From: an uncultured Acidobacteriota bacterium
GTDB lineage: Bacteria; Acidobacteriota; Thermoanaerobaculia; UBA5066; DATFVB01
Assembly (NCBI GenBank): GCA_963813155.1
Contig: CAWEYG010000001.1
Coordinates: forward strand, 256,001-320,000
Direction of reading: 5' to 3'
DNA length: 64,000 nucleotides
Part shown: in pieces, positions 40,774 through 50,059 of the stretch
How positions within the stretch are numbered: the stretch's first letter is position 1
Layout of the letters: each line of letters begins with the position of its first letter
Notes under the pieces: generated by a model
Database searches by the model: none
What the model saw: only the letters and a program-made list of their open reading frames with translations
What the model was told of the DNA's origin: nothing
Translations under genes and position numbers: made by a program

Positions 40774-42059
40774 GCGGGCTCCGACGCCGGGATCGCACGC
40801 TGGAGAAGGCCGCGGCGCACCTCGCCGACCAGATAAAGAGATCCCGCAACGAGAGCCTCGGGCGCGCCGGCCGCGAGGATTCGCTCGAGGCCTTCGGCCG
40901 GAGAGGCCGCGACCTCGGCGTCCGCCCGCAGGCCCGAGAGCTTCGTCCGAAGCGATTCGGGAGACGCGGCCCGCGCGACAGCGGGAGCGGTCAGAACGAC
41001 TCTTCGCGCAAGCGGCAGGAGACGCGAGGCGATCCCCGCGACATCCTTGTCTTCCATCGCCCCGAAGAGAAGGTCGAACGGAGGACGCCCGCGAAAGAAG
41101 TCGGAAACCGCGGCGGCTCCCGCGGGATTGTGGCAGCCGTCGAGCCAGACGATCTTGCCCGCGACCGGAATCGCTTCCAACCGCCCCGGCCACCTCGTCT
41201 TCGAGACGCCTTCGACGATCGCTTCGCGCGAGAACCGCGGATCGCGGCCGCGCAGCTCTTCTGCCGCGAGGACGGCGATGCCGACGTTTTCCACCTGATG
41301 CCTGCCGCGAAGAGGCGTCTCGACCTCGTAGACGTCGTTCGGCGTCTCGAGCCGGAACGCCTGGCCCGCCGCCGTCTCCCGGCGGCCGGAAACCCGGAGC
41401 GCCGCGCTCGCCGCGACGAACCGCGACCCCACGCGCCCGGCCTCGGCGGCGAGGACCGCGAGCGCCGCGGCGTCGTTCCCGCCGCAGATCGCGGGACGGC
41501 CCGGACGAAACACTCCCGCCTTCTCCTTCGCGATCGCCTCGACGGTCTCCCCGAGGTCCTCGACGTGGTCGAGCCCGACGGACGCGACGACCGAGACGAG
41601 CGGCTCAGACGCGTTCGTCGCGTCGAGGCGTCCGCCGAGGCCGACCTCGACGACCGCAAACTCGCAGGGGGCGCCGGCGAACAGCAGCTCGGCCGCCGCC
41701 GTCACCGCCTCGAAGTACGTCACCGGCACGGCCGGGGTCCGCGCCGCCGCGCGAAAGACGCGATCCAGCGCCGACTCCAGCGACGCCCGATCGACGTCCT
41801 CGTCCCCGATGCGGATCCTCTCGGCGACGTCGATCAGGTGCGGCGACGTGTGGAGGCCGCAGCGGATGCCCGCCGCGCGGCAGATCGACGAGAGGGTCGC
41901 CGCGACGGAGCCCTTCCCGTTCGTGCCGGCGATCAGAGCCCGGGGAACCTTCCGATCCGGGCGGCCGAGCCGCTCGAGGAGGTCGCGAATGGATTTCAGG
42001 CCGAGCCGCATCCCGCGCGGCGAAAGCGACGCGAGCGTTTCGAGGGGATCGGCCGTCAG
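40770..42059 (-). CDS. folC: Folylpolyglutamate/dihydrofolate synthase (start CTG 42059 or ATG 42011)
   Basis: IAGTNGKGS, TSPHL, EVGLGGRLDATN, LDH, WPGRLE, LDGCHNP, GSLYLVGE. Confidence 0.94.
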   Translation of the reverse strand: MTADPLETLASLSPRGMRLGLKSIRDLLERLGRPDRKVPRALIAGTNGKGSVAATLSSICRAAGIRCGLHTSPHLIDVAERIRIGDEDVDRASLESALDRVFRAAARTPAVPVTYFEAVTAAAELLFAGAPCEFAVVEVGLGGRLDATNASEPLVSVVASVGLDHVEDLGETVEAIAKEKAGVFRPGRPAICGGNDAAALAVLAAEAGRVGSRFVAASAALRVSGRRETAAGQAFRLETPNDVYEVETPLRGRHQVENVGIAVLAAEELRGRDPRFSREAIVEGVSKTRWPGRLEAIPVAGKIVWLDGCHNPAGAAAVSDFFRGRPPFDLLFGAMEDKDVAGIASRLLPLARRVVLTAPAVARAASPESLRTKLSGLRADAEVAASPAEGLERILAAGAPEALVAGSLYLVGEVRRGLLQRAIPASEPA

Positions 42060-42898
42060 GCGAGGAAGAGGTTCAGGCAACGGCCCACCGTTTCTTTCAG
42101 GTCCTTTCGCTCGACGACCATGTCGAGCATCCCGTGCTCGAGCAGAAACTCCGAGCGCTGAAACCCCGCCGGGAGCGTCTGCCGGATTGTCTGCTCGATC
42201 ACGCGGGGTCCCGCGAAGCCGATCAGGGCCTTCGGCTCGGCGATGTTCAGGTCGCCGAGCATCGCGTAGGAAGCGGTGACTCCCCCCGTCGTCGGGTCCG
42301 TGAGGATCGAGAGATACGGCAGACGCTGGCTCGCCAGGCGCGCGAGCGCGGCGGACGTCTTCGCCATCTGCATGAGCGAAAGCACGCCTTCCTGCATCCG
42401 GGCTCCGCCGGAGGCGGAAACGATGACGAGCGCGGCCCGCTCCTCGATACACCGCTCGGCGGCGCGGGCAATCTTCTCTCCCACGACGCTTCCCATCGAG
42501 CCACCCATGAACGCGTACTCCATCGCAACGACGACCGCGGGAAAGCCGGCGATCTTCCCCTTCCCCACGATCGCCGCGTCGCTCGTGCCGACCGAGTCCT
42601 CGTATTGTTTCAGGCGGTCCCGGTAGCGCTTCGTGTCCTTGAAGTGGAGCGGATCGCCCGAACGAAGCTCCCCTTCGTAAACGACGAACTCCTCGCCGTC
42701 GAAGAGGGAGCGAAGCCTTTCGCCGGCCGAGAGCGGGAAATGATAGCCGCAGCGAGGGCAGATCTTGAAAAGCCGCTGAAGCTCCTTGCCGAAAATGATC
42801 TCGCGGCACGACGTGCATTTCACCCAGAGTCCCTCGGGGACTTTGCTCGGGCGATTCTGACGCGGTTCCTTCGGGGCGCGATCCTTCTTGAACCACAT
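42056..42898 (-). CDS. accD: Acetyl-CoA carboxylase carboxyltransferase beta subunit
   Basis: LWVKC..C zinc finger, GGSMGSVVGEK, SGGARMQEG, PTTGGVTAS, FQRSEFL. Confidence 0.97.
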   Translation of the reverse strand: MWFKKDRAPKEPRQNRPSKVPEGLWVKCTSCREIIFGKELQRLFKICPRCGYHFPLSAGERLRSLFDGEEFVVYEGELRSGDPLHFKDTKRYRDRLKQYEDSVGTSDAAIVGKGKIAGFPAVVVAMEYAFMGGSMGSVVGEKIARAAERCIEERAALVIVSASGGARMQEGVLSLMQMAKTSAALARLASQRLPYLSILTDPTTGGVTASYAMLGDLNIAEPKALIGFAGPRVIEQTIRQTLPAGFQRSEFLLEHGMLDMVVERKDLKETVGRCLNLFLA

Positions 42899-42911
42899 GA
42901 TTGAAAGGATT

Positions 42912-43688
42912 CTAGCGGAAAAAAGCGACTCGCCGCCGGCCCGACGGCTCGACCTCGACGCGCGCGGAAACGCCGAAGGCTTTCTCGAGAGCTTCGGCCG
43001 AGAGGCATTCCCCGACCGTTCCCGCTGCGAGCAATCGGCCGGCCCGCATGACGATCGCGTGATCGGCGATTTCGAGAGCTTCGTCGAGATCGTGCGTGGC
43101 CCAGAGAATCGTCGTCGCGCTCCGCTCGTGGGACCTCTTCAGAATCTCGAGAAATTCGATCCGATGCCGCGGGTCCAGATCGGTCGTGGGCTCGTCGAGG
43201 AGCCAGACTGCCGCCCGCTGGGCCAGCATCCTCGCCAGGAAGACCCTTCGGCGCTCGCCGCCCGAAAGCTTCGCCGCATCGGAGGAGGCGAGACTCGCGA
43301 CGTCGCACTCCCGCATTGCCTCGAGCGCGATCTCGCGGTCCTCGCGGCTTTCCCACAGCCACCCGGAGCGCCACGGGGCTCGGCCCTGCAGGACGAGCTC
43401 GGCGACCGAGATGGGAAAGACGAGGTCGACGGACTGCGGCGCGTAGGCGATCTGGCGCGCCGACTCGCGCCGACGCCGCCGCGACAGCGCCGTCCCGTCC
43501 CACCGGATCTCTCCCCTGTCGGGGCGCAGGACGCCGGCGATCGACTTGAGCAGTGTGGATTTCCCCGAACCGTTCTCTCCCACGACGGCGGCCACGGCGC
43601 CCGGCTCGAGCTGGAACGCGACGCCTTCGATCGCCCGGCGCGAGCCGTACGAAACGCCCAGCTCGACCGCCTCGAGTCCTCGACTCAT
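42912..43688 (-). CDS. ABC ATP-binding subunit, cobalamin/Fe-siderophore type
   Basis: GENGSGKST, LSGGERRR, LLDEPT, THDL. Confidence 0.9.
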   Translation of the reverse strand: MSRGLEAVELGVSYGSRRAIEGVAFQLEPGAVAAVVGENGSGKSTLLKSIAGVLRPDRGEIRWDGTALSRRRRRESARQIAYAPQSVDLVFPISVAELVLQGRAPWRSGWLWESREDREIALEAMRECDVASLASSDAAKLSGGERRRVFLARMLAQRAAVWLLDEPTTDLDPRHRIEFLEILKRSHERSATTILWATHDLDEALEIADHAIVMRAGRLLAAGTVGECLSAEALEKAFGVSARVEVEPSGRRRVAFFR

Positions 43689-44647
43689 GCCGCCCGCCGG
43701 AGGGCGGCGATGAAGAAGGGAACCCCCACGAGCGCGGTGACTGCGCCGATGGGAACTTCGGCGGGAGAGAAAACGAAACGCGAAAACGCGTCGGCCACCG
43801 CGAGGAGAGCCGCGCCCAGCAACGCCGACGACGGAAGAAGCACGCGCTGGTCGTTGCCCCAGAGAAACCGCGAAAGGTGCGGGGCCAGGAGGCCCACGAA
43901 TCCGACGATCCCGACAAAGGACGTCGCGGCCCCCGCCAGAAGCGCCGCGGCGAGGAAAACGGCCGCTTTCGTCCTCTCCGTCGACGCCCCGAGGGCGGCC
44001 GCCGTCTCTTCGCCCGCCAGGAACAGGTTGAGCTCCGGAGCCAGCAGCATCAGGGCCGACATCCCGACCGCAAAATACGCGAACAGGGTCCACGCTTCCG
44101 TCGCGCTCGCCTGGGCGAGGCTCCCCATCATCCAGAAAAGCATCGACCGCGCGGAGGCGCCGCTCGAGACGGAGAAGGCGAGCAGGATCCACGCCGAGAA
44201 AAACGCGTTCGCCGTCACCCCCGAGAGCAGCAGCCGATTCAGGTCGATCCGCCCGTCGCGCCTCGCGAGAAAAGCGACCGCGAACGTCGAGCCGGCGGCG
44301 CCGAGAAACGCGGGCAGCGGGGATTGCAAGGGCGCGATTCCGAACAGGACCGCGGCCGTGGCGCCCGCGGCGGCGCCGCCCGATGTGCCAAGCAAAAAAG
44401 GATCGGCGAGCGGGTTCTTGAGGAGCGCCTGCAGCGCCGCCCCGGCGCTCGCCAGCGCGGCGCCGGTCAGGGCCGCCAGCGCGACGCGCGGAATCCGAAG
44501 CGACAGGATCGCGAGGGCGGCGGAATCCCGGTGCCAGACGGCGGACGGCGACAGGCGCACGCTTCCGACCGAGACGGCCGCCGCGGCCGCGAGGAAGAAA
44601 AGCAGCGAGGCTTCGAAAAGCGCGCGGCGCAACCCCGGGGCCCTCAT
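43685..44647 (-). CDS. ABC permease, FecCD/BtuC family
   Basis: LRIPRV, NPLADPFLLGTSGGA, FWMMGSL, GEETAAALG, GFVGLLAPH, EVPIGAVTALVG. Confidence 0.92.
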   Translation of the reverse strand: MRAPGLRRALFEASLLFFLAAAAAVSVGSVRLSPSAVWHRDSAALAILSLRIPRVALAALTGAALASAGAALQALLKNPLADPFLLGTSGGAAAGATAAVLFGIAPLQSPLPAFLGAAGSTFAVAFLARRDGRIDLNRLLLSGVTANAFFSAWILLAFSVSSGASARSMLFWMMGSLAQASATEAWTLFAYFAVGMSALMLLAPELNLFLAGEETAAALGASTERTKAAVFLAAALLAGAATSFVGIVGFVGLLAPHLSRFLWGNDQRVLLPSSALLGAALLAVADAFSRFVFSPAEVPIGAVTALVGVPFFIAALRRAA

Positions 44648-45483
44648 GGCCCGAGCCTCCGAAATGCCGCGGCGAGCTCTTCGAGCGCGTCGAACGACCT
44701 CGGCCCCGGCCGGGTGAGGAGGTCCCCGTCGATCGGAATGGTCCTTCCCTCGCGCACGGAGGCCATTCGGGAGATCGGTCCCGAGTGAAACGCCTCGCGG
44801 AAGATCTCGCGGCTCGAAGATTCCGCGGGATAGACGACCGCGCGGCAGGGCGCGGTGACGAGAAATTCCGCCGAGATCACGGGCCAGCCCGGGCGCGCGA
44901 TGCAATTCGAGCCGCCCGCCTCCCGGAGGAGGTCCTCGCCGAACGTCCCGCTGCCGGCTGCCTGCGGAGGCGAAGGCCAGACGAGCAGGATCGCGCGGAC
45001 GGGCCGATTCGCGAGCGCGCGGGTTTCGACGGCGTCGAGCCGCCGCTGGAGCGAATTCGCCAGGGCGGCCCCGCGCGGCCCCGCACCCAACCGCTCGGCG
45101 ATCACCCGGATCGATCGGATGACCCCGCGCAAATCCGGCGCCGACGTCGTCAGGACGGGGATGCCGCGGGCCTGGAGCAGCGCGACCGTCGACGGCGAAT
45201 TGCCTTCCGTGGTCGCGAGCACGAGGTCGGGGTTCAGCGAGACGATGCGCTCGAGATCCGGCGTGAGACCTCCGACGACGGGCAGCGAGAGCGCCTGGCG
45301 CGGATAGTCGGAGTGGGAAGACACGCCGGCGAGCGCGCCGCCCGCGCCGAGCGCAAACACGATTTCCGTCAGGTTCGGGGCGAGCGCCACCACGCGCCGT
45401 GGCGCGGGTGCGGGGGCCGCGCCCGCCAGCGCCGGCCGAAGGGCGAACGCCGCGGACAGGATTCCGAAAAGGAGCTTACGAAG
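44644..45483 (-). CDS. Helical-backbone substrate-binding protein (BtuF-like); start uncertain
   Basis: RVVALAPNLTEIVFALG, SDYP, ERIVSLNPDLV, RPGPR. Signal peptide RKLLFGILSAAFALRPALA lies upstream of the first canonical start (GTG 45393). Confidence 0.85.
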   Translation of the reverse strand, partial: LRKLLFGILSAAFALRPALAGAAPAPAPRRVVALAPNLTEIVFALGAGGALAGVSSHSDYPRQALSLPVVGGLTPDLERIVSLNPDLVLATTEGNSPSTVALLQARGIPVLTTSAPDLRGVIRSIRVIAERLGAGPRGAALANSLQRRLDAVETRALANRPVRAILLVWPSPPQAAGSGTFGEDLLREAGGSNCIARPGWPVISAEFLVTAPCRAVVYPAESSSREIFREAFHSGPISRMASVREGRTIPIDGDLLTRPGPRSFDALEELAAAFRRLGP

Positions 45484-45700
45484 CGCTGTCTGCCTCTTCC
45501 AGGTCGTTCGGAACGCCGAGCCGTGTGCAGGCCGCGTCGTACATCTGCCGGGCGGCCTTTTGGGCGTTCTGGAGCTCGGCGAGCCGCTCTTTCACCTTGG
45601 CGAGCTCATCCTGAATCGTCGCCTCGAGATCCGAGATCTCCTTCTTGGTGACCGCCATCGTTTGTTCGTAGAACTTTTTCTGCTCCGCGGAAAGCGTCAT
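45476..45700 (-). CDS. Small coiled-coil hypothetical protein
   Basis: 74-aa helical ORF with AAGGAG RBS, between the kinase and the ABC genes. Confidence 0.75.
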   Translation of the reverse strand: MTLSAEQKKFYEQTMAVTKKEISDLEATIQDELAKVKERLAELQNAQKAARQMYDAACTRLGVPNDLEEADSAS

Positions 45701-45727
45701 GGGCGCGTACTCCTTCTTTGCATTCGG

Positions 45728-48643
45728 TTACGGGTTCACGTCGACCGGAATGAGCTTGTACATTTTCACGGGGACTCCGTTCTTGCTGGCCGGGCGGAAC
45801 CGGGCTTTCTTGACGGCCTCCAGGATCGCCTCGTTGACGCCGGTTTTCGAAGGAACACCGCTCTGAAGCCGCGCCGACTGAACTCGTCCGTTTTCGTCGA
45901 CGAGAGCGAAAATCATGACTCGCCCGGTGACGCGCTCCCGCCTCGCCGCGAGCGGATACTCGACCGAGAGCCGGGATGTGAGCACCGGCTCCACGACGTC
46001 GGGACCGGGCCCGACGAGGTCGCCCCGGGATACGGTGCCTGCCTCGGCCTGCGCAGGAGCCGGCGGCGGGGCCGCGGCGGCAGTCTGCTCGATCCTCTTC
46101 GGGGCCGAAATCGGCGAGGGCGCCGGCGACGCGGGCTCGATCGCGACGGGAACGGGAACGGGCGCGGTCTTCGTGGGAGCGGGCGCGCCGACGGACGGCG
46201 AGGAAGCGGCGGCGAGGTCGCCCGACTTCACCGGCTTTGCCTTCGACTGTTTCTCGAGCTCTTTCTGCTTGAGCGCGAGCTGCTTTTTCACTTCCTCGTC
46301 GACCTGGCTTTCGGTCAGGGTCGTGGACGCCGGAGGGGGAGCCGCGCTCGACGTCGCGGGCGCGGTTACCGTCGCCGGGGCCTTCGGGGGCGCGGCCGGC
46401 GCGGCCGTCTTGCGGCGATAGAGGAACAGTCCGGCAATCAGCGCGACGGCCGCGATCCCGATCCCGGCGATCAGGGGCGCGCGCCCTTTCTTCTCGGCTT
46501 CGACGCGCTTCGAGGAATAGGCCCCGAAGACGCCGCTCTTCGTGTCGTGCTCGACGGGCGGCGGCGGTTCCTCCACGGCCGGAGGGGGCGCCGGCGCCGG
46601 TGCCGGCGGCGCTGCGGCAACGCCGGGGGCGGTTCCCGTCGATCGTCTCTGAACGACCGTGCCTTTCGCCTTCTTCGACTTCACCGGCGCCGCGGGCTCG
46701 ACCTTCGAGGGCGCGAACGCCTGGTCGAAGGCGTGGTCCGTCTCGCCGGCCGCGCCCTTCTCCTCCGCCTGGAGGTGATGCAGGTAAATTGCGATGTCGG
46801 CGCTTCCGGGCGCCGGGGAGTACGTGTAGAGGACGGACTCCAGGTCCCGTTGGAGATCGGATGCGTTCTGGTACCGGTCCTCGGGGTTCTTGGCGAGCGC
46901 TTTCAGAACGATCGAGTCGACCCGCTTCGGGATGTCGGGGTTCTTCGCGGACGGCGGCTGCGCCTTCGCGTTCTTGACCTGCTCCAGGATCGTCAGGTCG
47001 GAATCCCCCGCGAAGAGCTTCTCCCCCGTCAGCATCTCGTAGAGAACGCTCCCGAGCGAAAAGAGGTCGCTGCGGCGATCGATCGGCTTGCCCGAAGCCT
47101 GTTCGGGCGACATGTACTGGAGCTTGCCTTTCAGAGCGCCGGCCTGCGTCTGGGAAGACTTCGAGGCGGCCTTCGCGATTCCGAAGTCGCACAGCTTGAT
47201 GTCGCCCTCGTAGGAAATCAGCACGTTCTGCGGCGAGACGTCCCGGTGGACGAGCGACAGGTCCTTCCCGTCGAAGTCCTTTCGCCGGTGCGCGTAGTCG
47301 AGCGCCGCCCCGAGCTTCGAGGCGATGAAGAGAGCGAGCTCCGGCGGCAGAGGAAGGCCGTGCGCCGAGCCCGATTTCAAGATCGAGCGAAGGTCGCGCC
47401 CCTCCACGTATTCCATCGCGATGTAGTAGGAATTGTCGACCTTTCCGAGGTCGTAGATGTGAATGATGTTGGGGTGGTTGAGCTGCGCCGCGAGCTTCGC
47501 CTCGTCGGCGAACATCGTGATGAAATCGTCGGAGGCCGCCATGTGCGGCAGAATCTTCTTGATCGCCACGATTTTCTGGAATCCGTCGACGCCGCTCATG
47601 CGCGCCTTGTAGACCTCCGCCATCCCGCCCGTTGCGATCTTCTCCATGAGCTGGAACTGTCCGAACCGGTCCTTGTCGGACGCAACGACGCCCGGCGCCG
47701 AGTGCGACGGAGCCGTCGGACGCGCGGGTTGCGGCTTCGGAGGCGGAGGGACCTCGGCCGGCGGCGGCGGAGGGACAACGGGGGCCTGGGGCTTCGGCCG
47801 CGGTGCGGCGACCCCGAGCCCCGAGAGCGTCTGAGAGATCAGGTTCTCGACTTCCCTGTCGGTCGAGGGGCGCGGCGCGGCCTTCGCGGCCGGAGGCTCG
47901 GCGGACCGCGGGGGTTCGACTCGGGCCGCGGCGGGCGTCTCGACGACTCTGGCCGGGGCTGGAGAAGTCGGCGGCGCGGGTTTCGGGGCATCGGTCCGCG
48001 CATCCGCCGCCGTTCGCCTGGGAGTGAGCATTCCCGAAAGGGTGTCTTCCAGCCGCTTCTGCATGTCCGACGCCGGAGGCGAGGCGCGCGGCGCAACGGG
48101 CGGGGCAGGAGCGGGCGAGGCCAGATCCGCGAGGCTCATGTTCCCGGCCGGCCGCTTCGCAGCCGGCGAAGGCTCGGACTCGAAATCGTCGAGAACGTCG
48201 GAAAAGATGTCCGACGACGTCAGGCCGCCGGACAGCTGAGAGGCGTCGATGCGCATTGTCCGCGCGCCCGGGTCGCTCGAATCGATCGCATCGAAGGCAA
48301 GACTGCGAAAAGTATCGTCGGAGAACGGTTTTTCGAGAATGTCGAACGCGCCGATTTTCTGCGCGTCCGCCTTCGGGTTCGAACCCTTGTAGCCGGACAT
48401 CATCAGGAGAATCGGAGGAGCGGTCGGTCCGCCGCGCCGCCGGAGATCTCGAATGACGTCGTTGACCCGCGACTTCGGAAGCACGGCGGAAATCAGGACC
48501 AGGTCGGGGCGGGTGCGGTCGAAAGCCGCGATCGCCTCATCCCCGTCCTTCGCGACGTCGACGTCGAAGTCCGAGCCGCTCGCCAGCCGAACCTTATCGA
48601 TGTAACGCGGTTCGTACTCGATCAGGAGGAGTTTCTTTGCCAT
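45728..48643 (-). CDS. Pseudo-receiver domain + Ser/Thr protein kinase + TM + TonB C-terminal domain protein
   Basis: REC-like N-terminus (PDLVLISAVLP, ILEKPF); kinase GGMAEVY, AIKK, HRDVSPQN, DFG, YMSPE; TM helix; YPLAARRERVTG...FRPASKNG. Confidence 0.9.
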   Translation of the reverse strand: MAKKLLLIEYEPRYIDKVRLASGSDFDVDVAKDGDEAIAAFDRTRPDLVLISAVLPKSRVNDVIRDLRRRGGPTAPPILLMMSGYKGSNPKADAQKIGAFDILEKPFSDDTFRSLAFDAIDSSDPGARTMRIDASQLSGGLTSSDIFSDVLDDFESEPSPAAKRPAGNMSLADLASPAPAPPVAPRASPPASDMQKRLEDTLSGMLTPRRTAADARTDAPKPAPPTSPAPARVVETPAAARVEPPRSAEPPAAKAAPRPSTDREVENLISQTLSGLGVAAPRPKPQAPVVPPPPPAEVPPPPKPQPARPTAPSHSAPGVVASDKDRFGQFQLMEKIATGGMAEVYKARMSGVDGFQKIVAIKKILPHMAASDDFITMFADEAKLAAQLNHPNIIHIYDLGKVDNSYYIAMEYVEGRDLRSILKSGSAHGLPLPPELALFIASKLGAALDYAHRRKDFDGKDLSLVHRDVSPQNVLISYEGDIKLCDFGIAKAASKSSQTQAGALKGKLQYMSPEQASGKPIDRRSDLFSLGSVLYEMLTGEKLFAGDSDLTILEQVKNAKAQPPSAKNPDIPKRVDSIVLKALAKNPEDRYQNASDLQRDLESVLYTYSPAPGSADIAIYLHHLQAEEKGAAGETDHAFDQAFAPSKVEPAAPVKSKKAKGTVVQRRSTGTAPGVAAAPPAPAPAPPPAVEEPPPPVEHDTKSGVFGAYSSKRVEAEKKGRAPLIAGIGIAAVALIAGLFLYRRKTAAPAAPPKAPATVTAPATSSAAPPPASTTLTESQVDEEVKKQLALKQKELEKQSKAKPVKSGDLAAASSPSVGAPAPTKTAPVPVPVAIEPASPAPSPISAPKRIEQTAAAAPPPAPAQAEAGTVSRGDLVGPGPDVVEPVLTSRLSVEYPLAARRERVTGRVMIFALVDENGRVQSARLQSGVPSKTGVNEAILEAVKKARFRPASKNGVPVKMYKLIPVDVNP

Positions 48644-48754
48644 TTCTCAGTGTCCGGCATTATCCCTGCGCGGCGCCCAGAATGTCAAACTCGAACCCTT
48701 TACAGGCGGCCGGAACGATCGCTAAAATAGAGAGCTTTTGAAAAGAGGGACGAC

Positions 48755-49495
48755 ATGTCGGGCCACAGCAAATGGAGCACGATTAAACACAAGAAGGGCG
48801 CGGCGGACGCCAAGCGCGGGAAGATCTTCACCCGGATCATCAAGGAAATGACGGTCGCCGCCCGCGAAGGCGGCGGAAGCGTCGACTCGAACGCGCGTCT
48901 CCGCAAGGCCGTCGACGACGCGAAGGCCGCGAACATGCCCGCCGACAACATCAAGCGAGCCATCCAGCGCGGGACCGGCGAGCTTCCCGGCGTGCAGTAC
49001 GAGGAAATTTCCTATGAAGGCTACGGGCCGGGAGGCGCCGCGCTTTTCGTCGAGGTCCTCACGGACAACAAGAACAGGACGCTCCCGGAAATCCGGAACC
49101 TGTTCTCGAAGAACGGCGGCAACCTCGGCGAGAGCGGCTGCGTGCGGTTCATGTTCGACAAAAAAGGATACCTCGCGGTCGAGCGGAGCAAGATCGACGA
49201 AGACCGGCTCATGGAAATTGCCCTCGAAGCCGGAGCCGACGATCTCTCGACGGAAGATCCGGACGTGTACGAAGTTTACACGTCCGCCGACTCGTTCCAC
49301 GACGTCAAGAAGAAGCTCGAGGAGAAGGGCATCGCGATCGCCTCGTCGGAGATCACGATGCTTCCGCAGACTCCGGTCAAGCTCGAGGACGCCAAGGCCG
49401 CCCAGCTCGTGAAGCTCATGGAAGCGATCGAAGAGCACGACGACGTCCAGAACGTCTGGACGACCGCCGAACTCCAGGAATCGCAGATGGCGTGA
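48755..49495 (+). CDS. yebC: YebC/PmpR-family protein
   Basis: MSGHSKWSTIKHKK, YEGYGPGG, TDNKNRT, DDVQNV. Confidence 0.96.
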   Translation: MSGHSKWSTIKHKKGAADAKRGKIFTRIIKEMTVAAREGGGSVDSNARLRKAVDDAKAANMPADNIKRAIQRGTGELPGVQYEEISYEGYGPGGAALFVEVLTDNKNRTLPEIRNLFSKNGGNLGESGCVRFMFDKKGYLAVERSKIDEDRLMEIALEAGADDLSTEDPDVYEVYTSADSFHDVKKKLEEKGIAIASSEITMLPQTPVKLEDAKAAQLVKLMEAIEEHDDVQNVWTTAELQESQMA

Positions 49496-49992
49496 AGGTC
49501 CTGGGACTCGACCCGGGCTCCCGGGCTTCGGGCTTTGGACTGGTCGAATACGCGGCAGGAGCGTTCCGCTCTTTCGAATTCGGGGTCTGGCGGGAGTCCT
49601 CTCCCCGCCTCTCGGCCCGGCTCGAGTCGCTCTTCCGGCGCTGCGAGGAATTTCTCGAAAAAAGCCGGCCCGCGGCGGCCTCGATCGAAACGATCTTTTC
49701 CGGGAAGAGCGCATCGTCGGTCTTCGCCCTGGCGCAGACTCGCGGCGTTCTGCTCCTGGCCTGCGCGCGCGCGCAAATCCCGATTTTTGAGTACGAACCG
49801 CTCACGGTGAAAAAGACGATCACCGGCTACGGCCGCGCGGAGAAGCCCCAGACGCGGGAGATGGTCCGATCGCTGCTCTCGGCAGGCCAGGTCCAGATCC
49901 CGCTGGATGCCGCCGACGCGCTCGCAATGGCGATCTGTCACTGTCACCACGCATCGTCCGCGAATTTTGACCATCCGGTGGCCGCCTGTTGA
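49492..49992 (+). CDS. ruvC: Holliday junction resolvase RuvC
   Basis: LGLDPG, IETIF, LAQTRG, KKTITGYGRAEK, DAADALAMAICH. Confidence 0.94.
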   Translation: MKVLGLDPGSRASGFGLVEYAAGAFRSFEFGVWRESSPRLSARLESLFRRCEEFLEKSRPAAASIETIFSGKSASSVFALAQTRGVLLLACARAQIPIFEYEPLTVKKTITGYGRAEKPQTREMVRSLLSAGQVQIPLDAADALAMAICHCHHASSANFDHPVAAC

Positions 49993-50001
49993 GTACCCCG
50001 A

Positions 50002-50046
50002 ACCGGAAATCGCGGTGTTGCCATTTCCGGTGCGCGGTACTAACAT
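50002..50046 (+). promoter_or_regulatory. Sigma70-like promoter for the DUF4388 gene with overlapping inverted repeat
   Basis: TTGCCA (50018-23)-N17-TAACAT (50041-46); inverted repeat ACCGGAAAT-N12-ATTTCCGGT (50002-31). Confidence 0.5.
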
Positions 50047-50059
50047 CCGCCTGAACGTA

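Noticed and set aside
45480-45730. Cobalamin riboswitch upstream of the BtuFCD-like genes
   Set aside because: The region is occupied by a coding gene and no B12-box is visible.
46000-48130. Pro/Ala-rich low-complexity tracts (also 5640-5960, 34700-35040, 51985-52110)
   Set aside because: Protein linkers, not DNA tandem repeats or arrays.
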